DNA of 64,000 bases from Ginglymostoma cirratum (lineage: Eukaryota): the NCBI GenBank assembly GCA_024137785.1, contig JAHRHZ010000012.1:37693431-37757430 (forward strand). Reading direction: 5' to 3'. A program made the translations under genes and the position numbers. This document shows, piece after piece, positions 26,271 through 36,943 of this stretch. Each line of letters begins with the position of its first letter. The first letter of the stretch is position 1. The notes below the pieces were generated by a model. That model saw nothing but the letters and a program-made list of their open reading frames with translations. It did no database searches and was not told the origin of the DNA.

Positions 26271-27766
26271 GGTATTACCTACTTTATTCAATACACATGG
26301 GCATTGGGAATTACTCGTTCTTTTATGGTCTATTTTCTAGCTTTTATTTCCTGTTTTCTATGTATTTTTCAAATTACACAACTCATTCTTTAAAAATGCC
26401 AGCCTATAATTTCACTACTGGATATTTCATTTATTAAACTTCTGCACTGCATTAAAATTTTTACAGTTGAAGTTTACATCGCTCACCAAATCCTGCTTTA
26501 CCCATCATTTCTGTGCACATTGGCTGACTTTGTTTCATAGTCCAGGATAGCCTCATTTAAAATACCCAACTTCATGTTCCTTAACATCATTCTGGACTAC
26601 CAGCTAAAGCTCTACAACTCCAAAAGTTAACTTATTTACTCCATCAATTGTGGACAGTCCTGTATCTCCAATTTCCTTCATCATGCCATCAGTTGTATTT
26701 TCAAATCCGTAGGTCCTACTCTGTGCAATTCGCTATATAGTTCTTCACATTGCTATACATGCTCCTCAAAATCAAACTTCACGTGGCTCAGTGGGAGATT
26801 TTGGCTGGATATACGTTGGGACACTATGTTAAAGGTACCACACACACGCACAACCTTTTTGCATAATGGTTTCTTCCACTTATTAAGACAGTACTTTCCA
26901 AGCATTTTCTCATTTCAAACTGTGAGAGACCTTGGAAGGACGAAAGGGATGGCTTCAGCACCTGAATAGGGAACAGGTGAGTGAGGGAGAGAAGTGGCTG
27001 GGGAGGAATTGTTTAGTCTGCACGTACATCTTTTTGGAGGAAAAACCTTATATTTCAGACTTTTTTGCAGCAGCAAACGTACCTTGAAGATCTGTCTGCA
27101 AAGACAAGCTACCAACAGAATAAAGCACAATTATTTAAAGGGGCCTTACAGCTATTAACATTCAGTCTGAGCTCGGCAACTACCTCAGATTTCACAGCTC
27201 TAAATTCTCATACTATTTGGGAAGCTCAGTTATAATTGATTACGGAACTTACAGTGAAATAGCTCAAATAACCTTCTGCCTGAAGGCTAAACTTGATATT
27301 GGATGACAGTTAAAGAGACTACTGAATATGTGAAAGTCCAGTCTTAATATTCTTTACACTCATAGGAACGAATCTGTTGCAAAGAAAGACACATAAATCA
27401 ACAAAATCAAAATGGTTAAAAAAGCTACAGATTTAACTGTTTAACGAGATGTATATAGAAAGAGGAGACTATCTACTTGAAATTGTTTGCACTAGTCAGT
27501 GATTCAGTATTGTGATAGAGGTCATGGGATTCACATAAATCAATTTCACATAACCTTAGATTGTAAAAAAATTATTTTTCTGTATTATTTCCAGGGTATG
27601 CAAGATAAAATTTGCAGCCAAGCAAATCTACAGAACTTTTTTTAAAACATATTTTGAGCAATGAACAAAATCAAAACCCTTACTCTCACTCGATTTCTTG
27701 AAGCTCAGAAGACCAAGGACATATTGAAAAAATATTCCAAGCTTAAGTCACAGAAACAATATGAAT

Positions 27767-27772
27767 TTTATT
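27767..27772 (-). terminator. Candidate CCNH poly(A) signal
   Basis: AATAAA on the minus strand about 400 nt after the CCNH stop. Confidence 0.5.
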
Positions 27773-28175
27773 TTGAATACAGGGAATGAAAATAGGACAT
27801 GTAAAACATACTTCCAAAGCAAATTACATATTGATATTGACAAATCAAACACCTCAGCAATGCAATCATTTAAAATTTCCTTTGATGTTTGTCACAGTAC
27901 TTTCAGCATTTTGTGTCTTTTGTTTAGGTAGAAATAAATAGACTATCAAATGCCATTTGCAGAAAAAAAATCTGTTGCATCCTATGTACTATCTGCGCCT
28001 ACGGTCTGCAGCCTTAGTTTCCCTCATTTGGCATCTTAACTCTTCTTTCCAAAAGCACAACCTGGTTGAGTCAAAACTCGTGTCTGGATGTTCGGCCTCA
28101 GAATAAATATCTAATAGGACTACCACAGCAGTTATTTCCCCACGAATATTTCCAAAATGTAAGTCAAGCAACAAC

Positions 28176-28214
28176 TTACATTGCATCAGCTAGATCGTCA
28201 TCACTCCATTCCTC
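28176..28214 (-). CDS. CCNH: CCNH last exon (9): EEWSDDDLADAM*
   Basis: TTTATAG acceptor, TAA stop at 28176-28178. Matches the cyclin H acidic C-terminus (EEWTDDDL..). Confidence 0.92.
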   Translation of the reverse strand, partial: EEWSDDDLADAM

Positions 28215-28783
28215 CTATAAATAAGACAGAAATGCAATGTCTGATGATACCAGAATACTCAAAGTAGATGAAACAAATAAAAGCCACAGATTATCAGAAT
28301 TTTACTTAAGAGATTGATATAGAAGTGGAGAGGCAGTAGGATTTAGGAAGCAAGACACATAGACAAGTTGGAATATAAGGGGTCAGGATTTACAAACATC
28401 CGGTTTAGATGAACGCTCGTACTTATGCATGCAGGGTGTATTAATAGTAATTTTAAAGGCCCAACACACAAATATTTTCTAGTACTTACGAGTGGCTATT
28501 TTATATTGTCCTGAATTGTGTTTCAACTTGTTTATAAACTGACTTGTGAATGGACTTAAGAATGGAACCTGTTTGCAACATGGATGTGCCTGTAGTGCAT
28601 TATCCAAGGCTGAAGATAGTTGTTGAAACATAGCGCAGCAGTGAGAGCAGGGTTTTCAAATGAAACTATTTATTTCCATCCATTGAGGGACACTGGGGAT
28701 AGTAATAATGGGTAATTATAATATGTAGTCAACTGAGTTTTAGAGTAGTTGGAGTCAATGGAAGGCCAACAAAAAAAGCATTA

Positions 28784-28902
28784 AAGGTCTAGGCCCGAAA
28801 CGTCAGCTCTCCTGCTCCTACGATGCTGCTTGGCCTGCTGTGTTCATCCAGCTCTACACCTTGTTATCTCAGATTCTCCAGCATCTGCAGTTCCTACTAT
28901 CT
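28784..28902 (+). mobile_element. PLE family A pLTR fragment (hammerhead 5'-truncated)
   Basis: GGTCTAGGCCCGAAACGTC..CCTTGTTATCTCAGATTCTCCAGCATCTGCAGTTCCTACTATCT. Confidence 0.85.
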
Positions 28903-29806
28903 ATTAAAGAATTAAGCTAAGGTTTAACAAAACAATGGATAGAGATTTCAGCAATAATGAAATGAGCACTATTTGAGATCATGAATGTTCAATAAAAACA
29001 ATTTCTCATAAATTAATGGTATTTGCTTTTCTCATCTCATGAAGAGACAGATTGGGAAGCATATAAATCAGCACAAGTTATGATTTAGTGAGTTAACAGA
29101 GAAGGTAATTGAGTAGAATCTTCAATACTAGGTGAATGTCAGTAGCTAACCAGATTCAGAACAGCATTTTTTTTTTACATTGACAATGAACAATATCAGT
29201 ACTTTTCTAGTTGACCATAACCATAACAGCATGCACCCAAAGTCTGGGCATGCAAATAGTTTAACATCCTAATAGTACTGACCAAATTTTCCCAATTAGT
29301 GTTATTATATAGAGTCTCACTTCAAGCAGATTTGTGCTTCAATCAAGACAGTGATCCACTACACTGACGAATGATTTGAGTAGTTCTGTATTAGTATATC
29401 TCAGGAGTCTCTGATTAACGGAGCTGTTGAATATGGAGGTAAAATCAACATTATTCATAGCACAATCATTTCCACTGCTGTAGTAACTTTTCTTTCTTGT
29501 CAAACCTGTGACAGAAGCTGAAGGACATTTTCCATGATCTACCCTCCTTTCATCATTAGCTTTTTCCATTCACTTTTTAATCCAGTCAACAAGCAATGCA
29601 GTATGATCAGTGATTTTGAGGATTCTAAGGACTAGCCTAACCTGACAACCCACAGTTGATGCTGTCCAATCTAAAGAACACTATCCATGTACAAAGCGTA
29701 CAAACTAAGGAAACAAACTGTTGATATTTCACACCATTTTGTACATTCTTTAGTGACGCAATCTTTATGTTACTGCAAAATGCTGAGCAAACTACATTAC
29801 AAAAGA

Positions 29807-30016
29807 ACCAAAACAGAAATTCCCGGAAAAGCTCAGCAGGTCTGGCAGCACCTGTGGAGAGAAATCACAGTTAACATTTCAGGTCGAGTAACCCTCCCTC
29901 AGTTAACAAAACGTTAACTGTGATTTCTCTCCACAGATGCTGCCAGACCCGCTGAGCTTTTCCAGCAATTTGTGTTTTTGTTTCTGATTTACAGCGTTCA
30001 CAGTTCTTTTGGTTTT
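29807..30016. mobile_element. PLE family B palindromic mini-insertion
   Basis: Inverted arms of about 65-70 bp. Perfect 14-bp TSD TACATTACAAAAGA at 29793-29806 and 30017-30030. Confidence 0.88.
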
Positions 30017-30041
30017 TACATTACAAAAGATCCTTACTAAC

Positions 30042-30102
30042 CTCTTCCACTTTGGATTTTTTGGAAATTGTTCCATCTTCCTCATAACCTTTCCTCTTCT
30101 TT
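30042..30102 (-). CDS. CCNH: CCNH exon 8: (L)KKRKGYEEDGTISKKSKVEE
   Basis: CAG acceptor, GTTAGT donor. 61 nt. KKRKGYE motif of cyclin H. Confidence 0.94.
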
Positions 30103-30639
30103 CTGTTTTCAACAGAGAAGCAAAGTTGGATAACAAATACTTACTGACTGCACACTGTGACATGTAAATGGAGAACAAGTATAAAAATCTCCTCCAGCTG
30201 CAATAAAAATGCAATTATAATTGTCCAAACAAAACAGTGCAATTATTATTTTATATGCCTCATAACTGTAATTTGAAAGTCAGATAACAAACACACTGAA
30301 TTGATGGACAAGTAAAAGGCCCAGTGGTTCATCAAGGTGTCCCACATCTCATGCCAGCTGACACATCATAACCAAGTGTTTCCCATTCAATCTCTATCAG
30401 CAACGTAATATCAGAGGAATAAGAAAACAGTAAAAACTCAAGGCCAGTAGAAAATAAACTGGTTTTGATTGTTTGGAATTTTCCAAACTAATATATTATC
30501 AATCGTTGTCTAGATATCTATTAATCCACTTATTTTCTTTATGATGTGATCTTTGCTCCAGTTAAGCACCCTTAAAGAAATGCAATCATCATTTCACTTT
30601 ATTCAGCACAAAAATGCTGCAATATGTACCAATTCCGCT

Positions 30640-32290
30640 AGCCTATGCACTCTCGAAGTCTATCATGATCCATTTTACAGTTCACAATACTTTCAAAGTT
30701 TTGTGCATCTGCAAATTTTGAAATTGTCCCGTACTCTTAACTCTAGGCTGATCATATATATTGGGAAAGGCTGGGATTCAAATATCAGTAAATGGGAAAT
30801 GTTTATATATTATCATTACATATTATCCATTTCCTGTCACTGTGCCAACATTGCACCAATGCTGCCACTGTCCATTATATTGTATGGATTTCAACTTCAC
30901 TGACAAGCCTGTTAATAGGCACTTTATCAAATGCCTTCAGGAAATTTGTGCCCAGAGCCACTGCAGACATCATTTTGTATCAAATTCTGTGAAACTGAAA
31001 AAATCTATGCATGATCTATGTACACATACCTTTATCAACATCTTGTTGCTTATTCAAAAAATGCAATAAAATTGATTAAACATGATTTGCCCTTAACAAA
31101 TCAGTGCTGTATTTTCTAATCCTTAAATGAATCCAAAGTTGTTCCAATAACCTTTAATTTTGTGATGCATTATACTTTGTAAAAGCTTTCTCACTACCAA
31201 GGTGAAACAGGCTGGTCTGTTTCCTGGGTTATTCTTAACATCCCTTTTTTGAACAAAACTGTAATATTTAGTATTTCCAGTCCTCTGACACCATCCTACA
31301 CCTAAAGAGGATTAGAAAATTATGGCCAATGCCTCCACAATTTCCACTCCTACTTCCCTCAATATCCTTGGATACATCTCATCTGGTCTGGGTGAATTAT
31401 CAACTTTTAAGTATAGCAGCCTTCCTTTATCAATTGTTTACCCTTTCAGTATGTGAATTCCAACCTCTTTCAGTATGACTTTAGAAGCATCTTCTTCCTT
31501 GATAAAGGCAGATGCAAATTACACATTAAGTGCCTTAGCCATGCCATCTGCTTCCATATGTAACTCCCCTATCTTTGATAACAATTGGCAAATTATTTTT
31601 ACCACATTCTTATGATTTATATGCCTATAGAAGCCTATCTAAATGTCTTCAATGTTAACTGCCAGTCTCCTCATATTTTATGTGATCATATGAATTAAGA
31701 GTAGGAGTAGGCTACTCCGTCCCTCGAGTATGCTCTGCCATTCAATAATACCATGACTGCTCTGATGACTCCACCAATTCCTGATACCTTTCACCTTGCA
31801 TATCGAGAATCTATCTATCTCTGCAAAAATAGTCAAAAACTCTGAAGTTACCTCCCTTTTGGGAAAACTTCCACGGACTCTCAATCGTCAGACAAAAAAA
31901 TTCCGATGTCTCAAAACTGATAACCCTTAGTTTTAAATCAATAACCCTTAATTTTGGATTCTCCTTTCCACATTCATCCTGCCAAGACCTCTAGGGTGCT
32001 TACATTTTCCAATCAAGTAATCGCTTCCTTTCTAGACTTCTAGCAATACAAGTCTAGCCTGTCCAACCCTTCCTCATAAGAAACCACCCATTCCAGGTAT
32101 TACTCTATTAAACCTTCTCTGAAGTTCTTAAAACACATTTACATTCTTCCGCAATAAGACCACCAATATGGTGCACAGTACTCTAATGTGGTTTCACTAA
32201 TGCCCAATATGACTGAAGCATAATCTACCTACTTTTGTATACAATTACCCTCAAAATAAACAATAACGTTCTATTAACGTGTCTATTTTT
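30640..32290 (-). mobile_element. Degraded CR1 LINE fragments
   Basis: Recognisable CR1 RT and 3' tail motifs on the minus strand, heavily mutated. Confidence 0.7.
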
Positions 32291-32308
32291 ATGAAGCTAT
32301 TTTAAGTT

Positions 32309-35300
32309 TGTAATGGTTGGAACCAGGTGGACCTCTGAGTATGAGGTCCTTGATTGGGGTTGTTAACCTGGGCCCATCAGGATGTACTGGCTGTTAAATA
32401 TTAACAGGGGATTAGAATCAGTTCTGGGGACTGACTCCGAGCTGGCTGGCTACAAGTGTACACAAGTAAATAAAGGGTGACTTGGTACAGCATATTGGTC
32501 TCTGCAGTTATTTCAGCGGTGACAGAAGAAAACAGTAATGTGCCTGAAAACTTTCGCTTGCAACTGTTATCTTGTAGTTGGTGGGGTAAGCCTTCATGAC
32601 TTTATTTGGGAAGCTGGACTCCTTTAATCTTGCCATTGAAGAGTAGGCCAGTATGTGGAAAGAATGTGATATTTTTTCTGAGCAAATGACATTGGGGCAG
32701 ATGAAGAGCATGGTTTTGTAGATAAAAAGCATTTTTGGTTACAAGAGGCTTAACTTTCCCAAGGCACCAGACACTAAAACCTTCCAAGAGTTGATGGATA
32801 CTAAATAAAAACTGCAAGTACTGCGGGTGCTGTAAATCAGTAACAAGAACAGAAGCTGCTGGAAAAGCTCAGCAGGTCTGGCAGCATATGAGGAAAGGTT
32901 ACCGGACTTGGAACATTAACTCTGATTTCTTCTTCATATGCTGCCAGACCTGCTGAGCTTTTCCAGCAACTTCTGCTCTTGTTCAAGAGTTGATGGAGTT
33001 GGTTAAGGAATATTACGACCCCAAACCTTCTCTAATTCTGAGACGCCATTGGTTTTATTCGGCTGTTAGAGAACCAGACAGTTCTGCATCAGGATTATTG
33101 ACGAGGTTGAGTCGACTGGCAGAGGCACGTGATTTTGGGTTAACATTGAATGAGATGCTGAGACACCATTTGGTATTTGAGATTAATGACATAATCATCA
33201 GAAGTACCTACTAGCTGAAGTCCAACTAGACTTCAAACAGGCACTACAACTGGCCTTGTCATTAGAAAATACAGCAAGTGGAGCATGGGAGCTACATGGC
33301 ATCTCTATGGAAGTGGACTTCCTCACTTGTCCAACAAAGGGCTTGGGGAATCCCATTTGAGTGTAGGCTCTTGCAGAACCTCACACAGGGCATATCCTGG
33401 GCAGAGAGACCCTAGAATAGCCAATAGCCCGGAGGGGCGGTGGGGAGGGTGCTGTCATTTACAAGGCTGGACATGAACCATACCTACTTGCAACAGCGAT
33501 TGGATAAGGAGTCCCGGAATTGCACTTTAATTAATACTCATAAGGGTTTATATCAATGTACAAGACTGCCATTTGAGGTATCATCAGCCTACGTCCTTTT
33601 CTAGTGGACCGTGGAGAACAATTTACAACAGCTACCTTGTAAGGTTGCCAATTATCTGGATGATGTGCTAATAACAGGAAAGACCAAGAAAGAGCATTGG
33701 GAGAACTTGAACAAAGTGCTCAAACATTCCTCCCAAGTGAGCATACACCTTAGAAGGGAAAAAAATCTGTTTAGGCACCAAGTGACCTACTTGGGTTACA
33801 GAGTCGACAGAACCACGTTAAAGTTGTTGGAAGAGAAAGTGAAGGTAATCAAAGGAGCCCTGGCTGCCACGTCTGTACCGGTGCTTAGGTCTTTTTTGGG
33901 GAGTAAATTATTATATAAAATCTTGGCATCCTTACACCTGCTATTCAAAAAGGGTCAGCATCGGAAATGATCACGTAGCCTTTAGGGAAGTGAAAAAGCA
34001 GCTAATACCACCCAAAGGGTTGGCCCACTACGATCCAATGCAAGAGGTAGTGATGACATGTGATGCGTCTTCATACAGTATCGGGATAGCATTGGCTCAC
34101 TTGTGGCCCAATGGAGAGGAACTCCTGGTTAACCTATGCTTCTCAGACTTTGGCTGAATTATGCCCAGATAGAGAAGCAAGGTTTGGCGGTCATCTTTCG
34201 TGTATGAAGTTCCACCAGTACCTTTACGGACAGGAGTTTGTCATAGTAAGAGATCAGAAACCCCTGCTAAGGCTACTGAAGGAAGATGAGGTGGTCCCGC
34301 CCGTAGCTTCTGGCAGAATTCAGTGGTGGGCCCTTATTTTCAGCATGTACAAGTTACAGCATCATCCAAGAAACCAAATGCAGATAGCCTTGAGCTGTCT
34401 CCCACTGGCAAATACTCCCCTGCTGGTGCCCTCCGTGGAAGAGCCTGTTCTGGTTTTAAATTTCCTGGATACCCTTCTGGTCACCACTGGCAATATCTGA
34501 CAATATCTGACCGTGGACACAAAAAGATCCTGTCTTAGCAAAACTAAAACAGCTGTTAGTAATGGGGGAGACAGAAGGGCCATCGCAACCAGGACTGAAA
34601 CCTTTCTGCACCCAGCAAGACCAGATCACTCTCAAGGTCGGCATAATGCTTTGAGAAGCAAGAGAGATGTAAAGGTTGGCATCAGATACTGGCTGAACTC
34701 CACCAGCATCATCCAAGTGTATCCAAGATGAATATGCTAGAAAGAAGCTACAATTGGTGGCCAGGATTGGATGCCAACATAGCAGCCTTGGTGGGACAGT
34801 GCCCAGAGTGTCAGCAATGACAAAAAAATGCTACCAGCTGCAGTCCCACCTTCATGGGGATGAGCAGGTAAAGTCTAGACTCAGTTAGATGTTGACTATG
34901 CCGGTCCTTTACAGGAGTTGAATTTTCCTGGTCATTGTGGACGCCCATTCAAAGTTGTTGGACGTGCATAAAGTCCATTCAGCAAACTCCGGGATAACAA
35001 CAGAGAAGCTGCAAGTATCAGTCGCGATACAAAGAGTCCTGGGAATACTGGTCATTGACTACAGGACGTTATTTACCAGCAAGGAATGAGTATTTCCTGA
35101 AGTTGAATGGCATTTGGTACATTGGACCATCCATTGTCCAATGGTCTGGTGGAAAGAGTGGTCTAAACGACGAAGGCAAGCTTAAAGAAGCAGCCTACAA
35201 TGTCACTTGATACCAAACTGTCCCAGTTCCTGTTCATTTATAGGACTGCCCCTCACGCAACAACAGAGATAACTCCAACAGAGTTGCTGATGGGGAGGAG

Positions 35301-36130
35301 ACTCCCCGCTAAATTAAACTAAATGTTCCCAGGCCCGGTGGTAGGGGAAGCAGGGGAAGAAGAGGAGGATGAAACAGCCGAAGGAACGCCAACGCCAGCC
35401 ACATGCTTCCTAAAAGCAAGACAGACAATTTAATTCAGAGGATGAAGTTTGGTGCCGGAACCATGGAAACGGCCCCGTCTGGTTACGAGGTGAGGTTGAT
35501 GCAAGGTCAGGTCCCATGACTTACGAAGTTCGGGTAAGTGAGATAGTCCTGAACAAACACGTGGATCACCTGAAAGCTGTTACCTCACAAATGGGGCAGG
35601 AGCAAAACATACCCGGCCCCTCAGAACAGCCAGAAGGCCTTTCAGAAACCGTAGGTTCTCCCCCTCCATCTAGTGTCATGGAAACTTTGGAGTCCGAGAT
35701 GGATGCAGCCTCAATACCATTGCCATTGGAAGAAGAGAAGGAAACTCTCCTGAGAAGTTCCAGACCAAGAGACAAGCTGCAGTCCGGTACACACCGCCCA
35801 TGTCAGAATCTGAATCGAGGAACCGGACTTGGGGCAAAAACGTCACAGCAAAAGCTCCAAGAGATAGACCAGGCCTACATTCCCCGACTTAGTGGGGGGA
35901 GGGATGTAGTGATTGGAACCAGGTGGACCTTGTTAACTACAAGGTCCTTGATTGGGGTTGTTAACCTAGGCCATTCAGGAGGAATTGGCTGACCAATATA
36001 AGCAGGGTATTTAGATTCTCCTCAGTTCTGGGAACTGACTCTGAGCTGGCTAGCAACAGCCAGTGTACTGTGCACAAGTAAATGAAGGGTTACTTGGAGA
36101 TGGGGTACTGGCCTCTCTGCAGTTATTTCT
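32309..36130 (+). mobile_element. Decayed Ty3/Gypsy LTR retrotransposon in CCNH intron 7 (antisense to CCNH)
   Basis: 5' LTR 32309-32515 (TG..CA) and 3' LTR 35905-36130. Purine tract GGGGGGAGGGA before the 3' LTR. Gag (YYDPKPSLILRRHWFY), RT (VANYLDDVLITG), RNase H (KFHQYLYGQEF..DQKPLL) and integrase fragments. Imperfect TSD AAGTT/AATTT. Confidence 0.92.
32799..32983. mobile_element. PLE family B palindromic mini-insertion inside the Gypsy gag
   Basis: Inverted arms. 14-bp TSD CAAGAGTTGATGGA at 32785-32798 and 32984-32997. Confidence 0.88.
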
Positions 36131-36337
36131 AATTTCCTTTTACATTTTGCTTCTAACATTCTATGTTCAGCCTGATTCTCATTTAACTTTCTCTCCCTGT
36201 GCTGAAACTATCTCCTCCATTGCTCGATTAGAGTTTTATCTACCATCTTTGACTTATCAATATAGCTAAAATTTAGCTGATTTTTATGAAGTCATTGAAA
36301 CCTGACCGATTTTTACTTTCTTCTTGTCAATACTTAC

Positions 36338-36449
36338 AAACTTGTAACGATGCCAAGATCCAAGCTATGTATATGTTCAAGTTTCTGCTTCAGAAGATTC
36401 ACTTCCTCAGGTTTGGGAGGTTCATATTTCTTCACCAGAGTCTTTATAC
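36338..36449 (-). CDS. CCNH: CCNH exon 7: (R)IKTLVKKYEPPKPEEVNLLKQKLEHIHSLDLGIVTS
   Basis: CAG acceptor, GTAAGT donor. 112 nt, phase-consistent. Confidence 0.95.
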
Positions 36450-36616
36450 CTGCTCAGTATTAATCGTCACACAATATAATGGCATTAGAATTTTCTCTCA
36501 AATTTTTAGAGAAAACATTAAAATGTAAATTATAGGACTCGGGTTTTAAAAAATGTAATTGAACTACCAGGTAAAAATGACATGGTTTCTTTAAAGAAAA
36601 AAGAACACAAGTGTAT

Positions 36617-36711
36617 TTCTGATGAAGGGTCTAGGCCCGAAACGTCAAGCTTTCCTGCTCCTATGATGCTGCTTGGCCTGCTGTGTTCATCCAGCCCCAC
36701 GCCTTGTTATC
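36617..36711 (+). mobile_element. 95-bp PLE family A mini-insertion
   Basis: 12-bp TSD ACACAAGTGTAT at 36605-36616 and 36712-36723. Confidence 0.88.
36619..36646 (+). ncRNA. Minimal type I hammerhead ribozyme motif (intact core)
   Basis: CTGATGA-A-GGGT(CTAG)GCCC-GAAA-CG-TC. Predicted GUC cleavage after 36646. Confidence 0.7.
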
Positions 36712-36943
36712 ACACAAGTGTATGTGCTTTGTATGGATATATTGGATACTATATGAAAAGGCTTTTACCAAAGTCAATGGAACATAGAATGTAGAGTGCT
36801 AGTTGATGTAAATTAGCAAAGGGTAAAAGCAAAAAACACAGTTTTTCAAAGAATGTTTGTCACAGATGTATGGACAGGCTTGCTCTTATATACTGTATGC
36901 ATAAATTATTTGGACGTGAATATTGCGGCGCGGGAGAGGGCAG

